Of a DNA stretch of 64,000 nucleotides, positions 39,860 through 53,530 are shown piece after piece. The stretch spans positions 51,958,001 to 52,022,000 of the forward strand of contig CM052817.1 of the NCBI GenBank assembly GCA_028534125.1, given 5' to 3'. The stretch is from Lama glama (Eukaryota). A program made the translations under genes and the position numbers. The stretch's first letter is position 1. Each line of letters begins with the position of its first letter. A model generated the notes under the pieces. The model was given only the letters and a program-made list of their open reading frames with translations. It had not been told where the DNA came from and did not search any database.

Positions 39860-41880
39860 AGTCCACAAAACCTTCTACTCCACCTGGAATTCACGACCTG
39901 CTATAAATAAAATTCCCTACATATCCAGCTTCCTTTGAAATATTCCTTTCCGCTTCTATTTTTTTGCTCTAACTGAATCTCTTGGAGATTCTAATTTCTC
40001 TTTGGTCCTTTCAAATATGACTGCTATTCCACATTCTTCATGTCACTGAGTCTGGAGATGATGAGATAGTCTACACTAGGCATCACTGTTGCTTCTAGAA
40101 TGTTTGCCTTCTCTTGTCAATGAAAATGCCAGCCTTAAAGTACAGGCCATGGGATTATATTTTCCACTGCTGCTCCTTATAGTAATACCCACAGTCTCCC
40201 AAAGGCACTTTGTCTCTGTCTTTGACTATTTCAAAATCTAGTTTACGCTTACTCTCTCCAATGATATTCCTGTCATAATTATTAATAATTTCAATTTCCA
40301 CATAGACCATAACCTTGTCGTTAAAAATAGCTGCACTTTCTTCGTAATCTCATTTGCAAGCATTTCATTCTTGAAACACCCCTGCTGTTTTCCTACTTCT
40401 CTCCTTGGATTTCAACTTCAACTTTTCTTTGACTCTACTGGGACCTTCTTTCCAATGACCTAACAACATTTTAATGTCCTTCACTCCCTTGTGTTCACAT
40501 TCATGTTTACTTGGTTTAAATTCCATGACCCATTAGAATAATTGCTTTCTTGCAGATAATTTTATCTCTGTTTCATCTCTCCACTCATACTTACCAGATA
40601 AATCTCAGACTGGCCAAAATTGTTTCTAAGTGCTTTTCTCTTGAACTCTAAAGCTAAGTATCACTGGAGAAATACTCACAATGATGCCAACTCTTCTCAC
40701 TTTAATCATAATCAGTAATAAGTAGAACGTTAGTACTGCCTAACCATTTGACCCCATTTCCCTGGTTGTTAAATTTCCTTCTCTCTGCATGACTATTTCA
40801 TACTTTCCTCTTATCACACTTTCAACACAACATCTATCATTTACTCTCAGCTAATGATGTTGCTTCTTATTTTTCCAGAAAATGGAAACTGTTAAAAAAA
40901 TCCATAAACATATTAAAACTACCATCCTATTGTCTCTGAATCCACATACTTCACTTTCACTATAGTGGATAGATTGCCCTTGTTCCTGTATAAAATCAGT
41001 CTTTCACTCCTGCCCTACATTCTTTCTCATCTTCCCTCCATGAGGATATTGTACCATCATCTGCCACCTCTGTCAGTGAATTGTTATTTCTTCCCCTCCT
41101 CTACTGGAATTATCCCCAGGAACATACAAGCAGTCTTTAATATATCCTGTTTTAAGAAAGAAAAGAAAAAACTTCCTAACTCCAACTATTGCTCCATTTA
41201 TACTACGCCCCCCTTCACAGAAATTTTCTTAAATTTTTGTCTCTATTCACAATGCCCCACAGGAAGTGAGCCAGTAATTTTACTGGCTTCAGTTTATAAG
41301 TCAATACCATCTTGTTTCAGGAAGGTGTCATAACCCAACGGAATTGCTGGAATGGCCTCCTGATTGGTTTCCTAGAATCTAGTCCTCTCTTCATAGGCTG
41401 CTGCACGAAACAGCTGAGGTGACCCGTCTTGTATGTCTAAGCATATCATTCATCTGCTAAAAATCACTTTACTCCTACAATGATGTAAACTCCATCATCT
41501 TCCCCTCCTCTCTCTCTTGTTATTTTTCCTAATATTTTCCCTCACTTTCTCTTCTCAAGCTACTTTAGCCTCCAGCTTTAGGGCTTCTTTGCCCAAAATG
41601 CTTCCTCTAGATTTCCACATGATTATTCCCACACTTCTTTCAGGCCTCCGCTCAGATGTTACTTATCTGGGACCTCCTTATCATACTATATAAAACAGCC
41701 GTAACACTTCACTGTTTCCTGACCTCAGTTTTCTCTGGAGGACTTCTTACTCTCTGATGTATTATATAATTACCTGCTTATTTGTTACTTTGGGGAGATG
41801 CTTGATCAGTTTTACTACTAAAACCCCTATAAAAGTGCCTAGTATATAGAGTATACTTTAAAATATCTGTTGAATAAATT
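39860..41880 (+). mobile_element. Long L2 remnant (endonuclease region through 3' tail, with deletions)
   Basis: Decayed APE-endonuclease motifs LALTES (gctctaactgaa) and NFNFH (aatttcaatttccac); actctcagctaatgatgttgcttcttattt; tail gtgcctagtatatag...atctgttgaataaat. Confidence 0.75.
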
Positions 41881-43384
41881 ATTTTTGAGAAATACTTCAC
41901 GGTAAAAGTTTCAGAGGGTGAAACTATTGAGATAGTTCACCTGTTTGGTGACAGACACGATGCAAACTTATAACAAGTTCTACTCCAGACTGAGTTGTAC
42001 TGAAGTGGGCGTTTCATGTTTATTACATGTTTCAAACTATAATCTCTGACTGAAATGAAAGTTTACATCATTATATTATCTGCGATTGGTTATCTGCATT
42101 AATGTGTAAATGATACTATATTGATAACTCTCACAAAAGACAGTTGTGATTTAAAATGAGACTAAAATTAAAAATGGAATATATTAATGTTTGATAAAAT
42201 ATAAAGTAAAACCAGGTATCTACATTAAAATATAAATAATTATGAGAATAGGAACACTGTAATGTAAAATTGTCTAAAACTCCTTTTTTTTTTTTTTTGG
42301 TCTAAATTCCTGGAAAGATAAATCAAGAACAACAGATATGTTGAATAATTTTTCTACTACAGTTTATCTTATAAGGGCCTGTAGAAGCCAGTGCCCTTCA
42401 CCAAACTAGCTTCTCTTGTTTTACTGTTCTCCTGAGAGGGCCTGTTCTTAGCCTCAGGTATTCAGGCTGTGAAGTTTAGTTACTTTAAAATGCTAATAGG
42501 CTGGGAATAATTTTGCATGACATCTGCTATAACAAGAGGTTCAATAGATTAATTTATAGCCATACATCTCACCCTCTGAAGGTTCTATTGCATGTATGAA
42601 GTCAATCTCTAAACATTTGTTTTGGCTTTTAACATGAGTTAGGATTTGATTGGATTTATACTTTGAGAAAAGAACCTCCAAACTATGAGGACTGATTTTA
42701 AAAATTCCCTGAAGCTTGCTTGCTTTTATCCTTTAAGATGAGTTGTTTTTTAAAATTATTGTTATTAATGAACTCACTCTGTCTTTTTAGAATAACTGTT
42801 TTTTATGTCAGAGAATGTATCATTTCTTTATTTATTCCCAAAGCCTAGTGATATATGTGCTGCATAGAGTTAAGTGCTAAGTAAATCTTGAATAAATGGA
42901 AATTATCTATTTCTAAGAAAATGGATTTTTCTGCATGTTTTTCAGTTTTGCATTTGTTTGACTTACTATGGGATATCTATGTAATTTGTTTATGTAATTT
43001 ATGTATATGTGGATTTATGTAATATTTTCATGTGAAACAATTATATAAAACTCAATTACAATATAATTTTATTTTATAGCTGGGAAGCTGAGTTATATAA
43101 TTAAGTAGCTTGGAAATGTACACAAATTTCAAATCTGTACTGTAGCTGGCCTTGATTTTCCCATTGAAAAAATAGAGTGGGAAAGATTGTTTCAAAGTTC
43201 TTTTCCAATTCTAAAATTTCATTACTCAAAGCACAGAATATCTGAAAAATTGTCCAGTTAAAAAGGACTCCATCTCAGTGCATTAAATGATAGCCTGTTT
43301 CTCTGTCTCTGTCTGTCTGTCTCTCTGCTTCTCTCTCTCTGTCTCTCTCTTTTCCTTTCTCTTTCCTTACATTAACAGAAGAGG

Positions 43385-43585
43385 CCAATTCAATCCCAGT
43401 TCTATTATTTACTTGTGGTACGGTCTTAAGTAATTAAATCTCTCTGGGCCTATTCATCTTTAAAATAAAGATACTTATAGTATCCATTTTATGGAGTTAT
43501 TCTAAAAATTAAATTATACAACACTTTAAAGTACACAGTATAGTACTTGTCACGATGTAAGCAGGCCATAAATCTTACTATATTA
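43385..43585 (+). mobile_element. MIR SINE
   Basis: ttcaatcccagttctattatttacttg...aatctctctgggcct...catctttaaaat. Confidence 0.7.
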
Positions 43586-43631
43586 TTAAAAACATTGTAT
43601 CCCTTCACCTTCTACTCTATTGTTACTTTTC

Positions 43632-44000
43632 ACTCATTTGTTTATTCAACATTTTATTGAATTTCTCTTAATTCATTCATTTATTTAACAGAAATTTATC
43701 AAATTACTCTTAATTCATTTATTCATTCAACAAAGTAATCCCTGCTATGTTCTAGGAAACTGGGATGAAAAAAAAGCCAAAATACTTAGCATCATGGAGA
43801 TTACATTTTGTTGAAGAGGATAAACAATAAACATAATACATGAATAAGTTACATACATATATAGAAATTATAGGAAAAAAGAAATAAGAGCAGAATAAAA
43901 GGAATCCAAATTCAGGAACGATGGAATATAACTTTAAAAAAAATGGTCAGAATGGGACTGAGTGATAAGGTGACATTTGAGCAAAACTTAAAGGAGATAA
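43632..44000 (-). mobile_element. L2 3' end with a triplicated tail
   Basis: (ttcatt..attcaac)x3, then ctatgttctagg...atcatggagattacatt...gataaggtgacatttgagca. Confidence 0.75.
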
Positions 44001-45574
44001 GTAGTAGGAATCTGTATAGGTCTATCATATATTCACCCATAATTTTGGACCAAATATTTTATTTTGGTAAAAATCATTTTCAAAGTACAATTAAACTGAT
44101 AATGTGGTTCCATGTGAGGCTCACTTCCTCCAAGAAGAATTCTATGATCTTCAGTATGCTGGAGCCCTTCCTATATGCTTCTGTGTGCACCAGATATACT
44201 GGATTTATTTTGATTCTCATTGCGATCATTTTAATAAAAAACTTATCATTGATTAGAAAACATTATTTATTAATTAGTAATCAATTGACAGTTGATACCT
44301 GGGCTTACACTGCTGACCCCAAACAGTGAAAGATAAAATTCAATCCAAATGTGGTTAGTGTTTGGATTCTTTGTGTATCATATACTGTGAGACATTTATA
44401 TTACACTGTAGGTAGTTAAATTATTTTAAATAAAGAGAAAATTCCATTAAACCTTATTATTCACTCAATAATTTATTTGTTAATCTGCTATTAATTTGTT
44501 AATCTGCTTCCTTTTCAATTATTTTCCCTTATATACTTGAGTGCCCCCTCTCTTTTCTAAGCCTTGAGGATACAATGGTGAACTGGTTTCAGAGGAAATC
44601 CTATAGACCTCTCTCATTCAAAGAGGAAGGCTTCCATCCACTTTCCAAAGGCTAATCCTGAAAATCTTTTCAAACTTAATTATTGAAGGAACGTAATTAT
44701 CAGTGTAGGAGTTCAGGGTAACATATGTGATACCTGTTAGCTATAGAATGAAATATGAGGCAGATGAAAGAAAACAGCTTGACTAGTAATGTTAATAATA
44801 TGAAGTCAGGAGAAAGGTCTTATTGACTTGTTCAGATTTCTAGGCAGTTCAGCAACTTCAGTATGTCTGCAGTTGCCCAAAGTGAACAAATGTCAAGTTC
44901 ATCTTGCATGTGATGTGAACATAATCAATTACAATTGTCTTAAGGGAACATAAAACATGAGAGCTTCCAGAGCTAGAAATATAAATGTAAACAGCCTCAT
45001 GCTATTTTTTCCATAGATATCTAAATAGCATGAAAACATCTTTGTACATTCATTCTGCATGATAAAGGGTTAGATAGAGCCCTTAACAAATTAAATCCAT
45101 TTGCAGTGGACTAATTGCCTTCTTTTTGTCTTATTTTGATATTTATATTGTATGGTTACATAATTTTCTTTAGTTTAAAATGGTACATAACTTATTTCTT
45201 AATCTTTTTAAACCCATAAAAAAGGTTAAATATTCATTATAGATATAGTTTCTAATTGACTTTTATTGGCAAATCAAAGTTAAAAGTTCCTGACTAAATA
45301 CAATAAAATAATGTCCTTCACAGTTTAAAAATAAATGAATTAATAATGTTTTAGAAGTATAAGAGTAATTAGGGGTTCTATATCAATCAAAAAGCATGTA
45401 ACCCAATACATTTCTAACTATGTAGATATTTTTATGACAAAAATGAATATAAAAATATTTATAATAATTGAAAGGCACATGTATTTGCCAAAGAATGAAA
45501 AAGGATAGTGATTTTTATGATAGTTTGGTGATTTTTCTTTTCTCATTTTCCCCAATTTTTCATAATACTGTAAA

Positions 45575-45760
45575 ACCACAGTGGAGAAAGCATAGATTTT
45601 GCACTCCAAAGGCCTGTGTTTAAAATCAACTCTAAGGGTAATTAAATGGACAATAGGTGGCAAGTTATTTAGCCTATTATAGATTCAATTTTCTTTTCTG
45701 TAAAATGGGAGTTAAGAATACCTACCTCATAGGGTTATTATGAAAATGAATGACACTAAA
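45575..45760 (+). mobile_element. MIR SINE
   Basis: tctgtaaaatgggagttaagaatacctacctcatagggttattatgaaaat. Confidence 0.8.
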
Positions 45761-45919
45761 AATTGCTTCTGCTTAATTACTTCATACAATAGAATGGTGA
45801 CTGAGTTAATATGTTAAAATTTATAAATAAAATTTAAATCACTTTTAATTCAAACTTACTTTAAAGAATATCTCTAAGGCTGATAGTCAAGTACCATAGC
45901 TGCCTTGAAAAATTTGCTC

Positions 45920-46095
45920 TTTACAATAACTCTGTGAGCTATGTTTTATTATTTAACCTCATTTTATAGATGAGAACAGTGAGTCTCTAAGGGGTCAAGC
46001 AACTTGCCAAAAGCAATCAACCAATAAGTGTCCAGAATTGACCTCTGAATCTGTCTCTCAGATATATCTATTCATGCTCTTTCAATAAGTTTTAC
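45920..46095 (-). mobile_element. MIR SINE
   Basis: ctcattttatagatgagaacagtgagtctctaaggggtcaagcaacttgccaaaag. Confidence 0.75.
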
Positions 46096-46311
46096 TAAAC
46101 TACACAGTAAAAACATTATTAGAAAAGGATTTAACAGAGGCAGAGCTCATGTGTAGCAGAACAAGAGGTCTTCAAATCTGTAAAATTCTGCTGACTCCAT
46201 TGTCTCCATGACAATATTTCTTACCTACATGATTGCTACTGGTTGTACTAGTATTTGTAGATAAATTTTGCAGCTTGTATATTTCCAGGTTTGGTCTTTA
46301 GGTTTGGTTAG

Positions 46312-46831
46312 TGCCAAGATATTTGGTGGTCCCTAAGACACTGGCTGACTCACCATACTTCCATAGTTTCAGTCAGTAAAGAAGCAATGAACTCAAAGTT
46401 AGACAGTTTATTACTCAAAGCACAGCAAGCAACATAAGCTTCAGGTTTGCATCTGTTCCTCTTCTCCCCCAAGTCTCAGGGAGACAATTCAGAGGTGGTC
46501 CCAATTGTGTCTGCGCATATGGTCTGTTTCATAGCTGAATATCTCTGAGATAAGAAAATCTCTGGTCTTATCAAAGGATTGCCAATAAAACTGCCATCCT
46601 CCCCTTCAAAGAGAGATATTTTTATAACGCTGGAATATAAGCAAGGAAGGCAGGGAGACATTCCTTATCTTTATTATTCTGGTTAGAAAACACATCTACC
46701 CTCTACCTTAGAAAAAGACTGTATCTCTAGCCTCCAAGGCTGTTCGCTGGGCAAACAACCTCGAAAAAATAATCCAGGATAAAAGTCATCACAATACATG
46801 CAGAAACACCATGAAAAATTGCCCCACAACA
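46312..46831 (-). mobile_element. ERVL solo LTR (LTR40-like)
   Basis: TG...CA termini; perfect 5-bp TSD GTTAG (46307-46311 / 46832-46836); minus strand starts tgttgtggggcaatttttcatgg...gcgaacagccttggaggctagagata. Confidence 0.85.
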
Positions 46832-47353
46832 GTTAGGCATAGTAGGTATTCTTGCCCAATTTGCCTCAACTTGGTTCTTGACAGTAATTTAAGCCATTTG
46901 AGAATTTGCCACACTCTGCACTGAACCCCTGGTCTAGCTAATCTTCGAAGACTCTGCTGAAGATTTACCTCATTCCTGACTACATGGACACCATGGGAAG
47001 CCCATTAACTAAACTCTTCTTGCGGCCTGGGAAAATAAAATTCTAGCTCTCTCCCTGCTCAACCATATTGTATTTCTTGGTTGAGTTTGGCCTGGCCACT
47101 GCCCGAGGTTGGTGTAGGAGCAGCCTGTGAGGTAATCTCCTTATAGAATCTACATGGATATATGAGAAAGAACACTTTACAGATTACCCTTAACCTACCT
47201 AACACATCTTATTCTCATAAAGCTGAGAGTCAGAACATAAGTGACTCCATGCTTCTGTCCCATCTTTTCTCTGTAATGTACCAGGAACAGAAGTGTCAAG
47301 CTTTGTGTTTTAACTTTCAATCACCTTCATATACCAAAAGCATAACATGTATC

Positions 47354-47404
<51 letters not shown>

Positions 47405-47413
47405 ATCTATCTA
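47354..47413. repeat. (TCTA)n tetranucleotide microsatellite
   Basis: Directly visible, with one interruption. Confidence 0.96.
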
Positions 47414-48569
47414 GTTACCTACCTATCTAGTGTATGTCTGTCTGTACATTCATTTTCCATCCATCCATCTACATATTCATCTAGCTATCTGTATATTACA
47501 AATACTATTATTTGAGTTATTCTGCCCTGACTCTTATTGTTTAAAGGAACTCAGAAAACTCTTGCTCTCTCTTGTTCTCACAAAACCTATCTTTCAACCA
47601 TGTTACTTTGTAGCAAAATCTTATGTACAATGTCAGTATGTGAATATTAGTATTTTTTTCACTTTCATATTTCTGTGGTGATCTCCCATCATCTCAATCC
47701 CAGCCCCAAATCTTGTTTTGACTAGAAAAAAAGTCACATTTAAGAAACTGCAAATGAGACATTATGGCAATGTATCTCTAAATATTACCTCACTTCCAAA
47801 TAATTATTTACTACATCTTAGTTTTCTAGGATTAAATTCAGGGCCACCATGGTTGGTTAACAGTTCCATCTAACACTGATTAGTTTTTCCATTTTAACAG
47901 TCATAGGTTTGTATCTGTCCCAGCTCTTGTTTTCCAGAGAATAAATTTGTTTTCCCTCAGCACTTGGGGTGCTGTTATACATGTTGGCACTATTGTTTTG
48001 ACAGGGTTAAGTTAGATGCAGTTTTGGAAGGAATAACTTCCAGACAGAAGGCTAACAGGAAGACAACCCTTTTGAGTACATTATGGTCCTCTTCTATGGC
48101 ATTTTCCTGTTCTCCATTCCTAGAGCTATGAACATGAAAAACAATGGTGAAATTCTAAAAGCTACTCTACATTCTAAATGCTTCCCACATTTAACCATTT
48201 AACTCTTTTGTTATATATTGGTCATGACCATGCTCTTTAATCGTTAACATCATATTTTTTAGTACAACGTTAGGAAAATGAATCAGTTTGGTCACTGAAT
48301 CACTCATTTATTTTCAGCTGCCTAACAGTCATTACTCTCCTCCCAGATGCTCAATTTTATATCCATTTTTATCTTCTGCATTCATTTGCTATATAATGAA
48401 TACAGGCAATAATAATTTCAGACAATTAGCATCTCTTAGCAGCATCAAACAAATCACCCCACTGCAGCTTACATGTTACTATTGATTTCTATTTTCAAAT
48501 ATTCAGAAGAGATTCTTGAATATTCATATATCTTTGTTTTAACTTTGGCCAAAAAAATTTGGTAAAATA

Positions 48570-48752
48570 TTGGCAAGAACTCTTGCCTAGAAATTCGGAG
48601 CTCTGATTTTTCCCTCTGTTCTGACAATGACTAAATATGAAGGCTTGAGAAAATAACAAGTTCCATAAAACTGTTTTCTCATCCCTAAAGTGAGGAAGTT
48701 GAATTATACAGTCCTAAAACCCTCTTCTATTCTATTATTCCACGATTCTATT
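48570..48752 (+). mobile_element. MIR3-like SINE
   Basis: tgttttctcatccctaaagtgaggaagttgaattatacagtcctaaaaccctcttctattctattattccacgattct. Confidence 0.6.
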
Positions 48753-49299
48753 TATTATAATTACTTATCCAAATAAAACTATAATTAAAAAAATATAATT
48801 GTGAACAAAGGCTTAAATAAAACTAAGGGCAATTCATTGGCCCATTAATTTATTCAATAAACATCTATTGAACATGTCAAATATTAAATGCAGATATTCC
48901 TTCCTAAATATAGAATAGATTAAGTGACACATAGTTCCTGTCATGAAGAAGCATGAGTATATTTGTATGGTACAACTAGAGAGCATTTGTTTGGTACTAA
49001 ACTGAAACTAAACTAATCACCAAATTAATTAAAAATTTTCTGAATATGTTTTTAGCCAACAAAACCAAAGCAAACAGTCTTCAAAGAATTAGTTTTGAAT
49101 GGGCTAAGAATATTTTCACATTTTGTTTGGCTGACTAACACACTAATTCAACAACTGTTTATTATACTGTGTGACAAGTACTATATTAAATGTTGGTGCA
49201 AAAAACAAAACAAAAAATCCTTACCTATGCACTTGCTCTTCATGAGATCTTTTGTATGATTTGCTTCCTTACTTTATTCATCCCTGGAGAATAAGCTCT

Positions 49300-49660
49300 C
49301 TGAAGACAGGAGGAAAGGGGTAACGGAAAGAAAAAAGTCAAGGATGATTCTTAGAATCTTTTGCCTGAGCAAACTGGTGATAATAATGCCAATTTCTGAA
49401 ATGGTGAAGACTGGAGGATGCTCAGAGTTGCAGGGAGGAAATCAAGACTTCTCTTTTACATTTTATGTTTGAGAAGTCACTTATGTATAAAGGTGAACAA
49501 GTAGAATTAGCAGTTGAATTTATGTGTCTGAAAGTCTGGGAACCCATCAAGGCTGGCGATATGAATTTGGGATTATTCAGCATATTGATAATATATAAAA
49601 TCATAAGACTTTAATGAAACCATCTGGAGAGTTAAAATTGACATAGGGAAACAGAGATTT
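49300..49660 (-). mobile_element. L2 internal fragment
   Basis: agtcaaggatgattct...ttgcctgagcaaactgg...ggctggcgatatgaatttgggattattcagcata. Confidence 0.8.
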
Positions 49661-50369
49661 TTGTTATCCTATAAGGTGAGACAGCACCGAAAGTGCTACA
49701 AAATTATAAAGCTAACATATTTTAGGGGAAAATTAAATAATTTAGGAATCGCACAATATTTAGGAATAAAAAGGAAGACATTTGTAGGACCAGCATTATC
49801 TTTTATTTACCTACTCATTTACATTTAAGTATTTACCAAGCACTTAGTTTCTTTCATATCATAGTTTCCTTTATTTTTTTGCCAATTACTCATGAAATAC
49901 TTCTACATGATAATGAACAGTGTTTAGGGTTTTTTTTTTTTCTCTTTTTTTCAATTAACGGGAATGAAAAGAGCTACTGGGAAATGAATTGTGTTTCACA
50001 GTGTAAGTTAGAAATATTATCTAACTTGTGAAGTTGGAGAGATACATGCTTCTATATCTGCACTATTGAACTGTAGAGGAGGAAGAAAAATAACAGAAGT
50101 TAAGTTTCAGGTAATGTCTAGATATGCATCCATCTTCAGTGAAAATAGTCACATTTTCCTACTGATAAGTAGGACCTGTGACTATGGGGACTTTGCATGA
50201 GTACTTCTACAGAATGACAGAATTGCAGGAATTTTTACAACTAATATTACACTTAGGCACCTAAGGTATTAAGAAATGTTTGATGCTGAAGTTCAAGTCA
50301 TCTATTATGTTGGAGCATTGTCCTTTTCCTTACTAGATACTTTTATATTCAAAAATATTTTATTATACC

Positions 50370-50950
50370 TTAAAAATGGCACAGAAGTCTATGTAGAGAT
50401 TCTCAAAATCTTTAACAACCAGAAAATGTAAATTAAGACTAAAAATCATTTTATAACCATTAGACTGGCAAAAGTTGAAAAATTGGATAATGCCAGATAC
50501 ATGCATTGGTCATGGGAATATAAATGATCATCATTTTTAAGGAGGAGTGATAAATTATTTCAGAGATCCACAAAGACACATATGCATACATATTCACTGC
50601 AGTTTAATTCAAGGGATCAGTGAGTTGGATGTAATGTGGGTGTTCATCACTGAGAGAGGAAGTAGGTAAAAATGTGGTGGATGCAAGCAGTAGATAAAAT
50701 GATTAGAAGCAACAAGCTAGATGTACACAAAGCAATAAGCATAGTCCTTAAAGCACAGTATTTAGTAGAAAAAAAAAGGGGAGAAAGTAAGAAACAGAGA
50801 TGTATAACATAATACAATTTATTTAGAAATATATGTACATAAAAATTTTGTAAAACACACAAATGCAGATTAAACACAGCTGTGTGGAGAGGGGGATGGA
50901 GGGAGAAAGAAGAGGATCCCTGAATAGAGAAAAGATAATAACCTTGCATA
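50370..50950 (+). mobile_element. Old L1 (L1ME-type) 3' end
   Basis: aaaatgtaaattaagact...ccattagactggcaaaa...agaagcaacaagctagatgtacac. Confidence 0.7.
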
Positions 50951-52174
50951 AACTGTGGTACAAAGTATTAAAAATACTTTTTCGTCAAAAATACATAGAT
51001 GCTATTTAAACACATGGGATTTGATGAAGTTCTAGAGGGAAGACTCCACCCATACAATTCTGTAACACTGCAAGAATTCAGCTGGAGGACAGACAACATG
51101 CAGCAAAGGAGAATGAAGAATGAATATGAAACTACCAGTAATACATAATACTTACATAGTCTGTTTTGGTTAGAACAGTCGGGGTTCTTAAATAGCAGAC
51201 TAAACCACAATGCTGAACAGTGGCAGAAAAGACTAGAGATCTCAGTGAATCCCAAGGAGAAACCATTTTTAAAGGCGCTCAAATGCCTTGAGGCTTTGAA
51301 TGAAAGCTGAGCCCAGAGTCACTCAGCATCCTCTGAAGACAGTCAACGCCTATTACAGCCTCATAGATATTACCAGATGCTAATATTGTTCATTCTTAGT
51401 TATCAAAGAAAGATAAAATTATGGTCAGTAAACTTTCTAATTTAAGTTATTAAGTGTTCTTTCAAAAACAAAGGAGGATGACCTTCAGAATAGACCGGGG
51501 ACTTCTAGTACCCACAACACAATACTCTACTGAAATCATGTTGGATAATGAAGGTGCCATAATGAGTAATTACAGATTGCAATGATATGCTACGGTGAGA
51601 ACATGACTTCTGTATGCATGGTGTAGATTTCTTCAATGTTCATAAATCATCATCCAAGGTAATCTTGATAGCAGCCAGAAAAAATTAAAGGTGTTAGAAA
51701 AGTTATTCAACATATAATAGGATGGAATGAACCCATACATTTGTAAATCAGCAGTATTTAAGCACAGCAATACAGGGGAATAGTTGTAATTTATACTTAA
51801 ACCTGAATAAGGATACTTTCAGAGATTAGTTTCTAATTTGTTTAGCAAGTAGTTTTGTTACATTTAAATTTAGGTTGTATTGATAAAAGGAGTGTGACGC
51901 TTTTGAAAGAAAGGTCGTATCATAAATGCAAGCTTAGCAGTATTAAAAAAAGAAGGTAGATCTGATTAATTGCAGACTTCAGCTAGGGAAATAAATTAGT
52001 GAATGAATTAATAATCCTCTGATTGAGGAGAAAGAAGGGTGACCTATAGAAAATGTGTGAGCACAACTAGACTCCATGACAATGAGTACTAATTCTGATT
52101 CTTATTGATATAAAAACACTTTACAGAGAAGAGAAGGCATCGTTGCTTTCAGGTTAGGATTTATATAAAATAAG

Positions 52175-52400
52175 AATTAAAAGATGCTTTGACTCTGGAG
52201 TCAAATTGCTTGGCTTTGAATCACACCCATGCAACTCATTGGAAATGTAACATTGCTGATTTACTTAAACTTGTATGCTTCCATTTTCTTTTCTGTGAAT
52301 TCAGAGTATTAGCACATATCTTGTCAGGTTACTGTGAATACTAAAATAACAACTCTGTGTGAAGCACGCAGAACGATACCTGGCATGTAGCTATTATTAT
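52175..52400 (+). mobile_element. MIR SINE
   Basis: gactctggagtcaaattgcttggctttgaatc...ttacttaaac...cctggcatgtagctattatt. Confidence 0.75.
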
Positions 52401-53304
52401 AAAATAAGTAAGTCATGACTTAAAAGTAAGTCAGATGAGGAACAATTTCTGCTGCTCTCATCATTGACATGTAGACTTAACTTTATCATTTGGATGCTTT
52501 ACTTCACATTATCAGCAAAAAATCAGCTTTGTTCATGTGTGTGTGTGTGTGTGTGTATAAAAACTTAATTATAACCCTCTATCAGGATACCTGGAAAAAT
52601 CAAGAGGATTCTGAAAAATTAGACAGATTACAAAGGTGAAAAATCAACAACAAAAACAATGACTGGCTCCAGTTCAGGCAAATGAAGTGAAAACCAGATA
52701 ATCAGAAGTAAATCACACAATTTGAGGCAAATTATAAGCAGGAGTATATGATGCCAGAAATAATTTTTAAAATCAAATCCCAGATATTAAGGATTGCTAA
52801 ATCCCTTCTGCAGATGATCAGATTGGTCCTGGAGACCATGACTAGGCTGACCCTGCAGGACTAGCTCAAGTTTCTCTAGAGATGGAGAGAGAATACATAA
52901 AGGACAGGTGTTTATAAACAATGGTTGGTCTTGATAACAATGGTTTGTGCCATTCATTTACTTCTACACAGAATGGTAATGTCATCAAATAAATCATGTT
53001 ACAAAGGTCAAACCTGAAAACACTTTTTCTTATGTTGATCCCAACAACATAAAATTCTCAAGAGATTCCATTGTTATAATCGTTTTAAGTAGCTGTGTAT
53101 ATACTAATAAAAGGAGATACCTAAGGATGACTCTCAAGAGACTAGAAAAAGAATCTTAATTGCAGTCGTTACCCATCCGTATTTTAATAGGAAATTACTG
53201 CCTGTATGATGAAACCATCAATCACAAGTTCAAAAACTGTAACTTAGGGGTTAGAAATTTTGAAAACTTCCTCTATTTAACTGTTTGGGAACAACGAGAA
53301 ACTG

Positions 53305-53530
53305 TGTTGTAAAGATACAACCAGTAAGTTTGGAAAAAGTCCTAAGCTAAAATCCAGCTCAAAACTGATCTTGGTCAAGTCACTTAAACTCATCTTAATT
53401 TCCATGTTTGTAAATGAAGATGAATCAAATGTGTTCTGCCTTCTACATGGTTGTGAGAGTCAAATCTAGGAGTGCAAAGATAACATATGTAAACTATAAA
53501 TTGTCCTATAGATGCAAGTTATTATCATAT
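53305..53530 (+). mobile_element. MIR SINE
   Basis: tgatcttggtcaagtcacttaaactc...tttgtaaatgaagat. Confidence 0.6.

Noticed and set aside
51480..52150. Possible L3/CR1 ORF2 relic
   Set aside because: The resemblance is too faint to call by eye.
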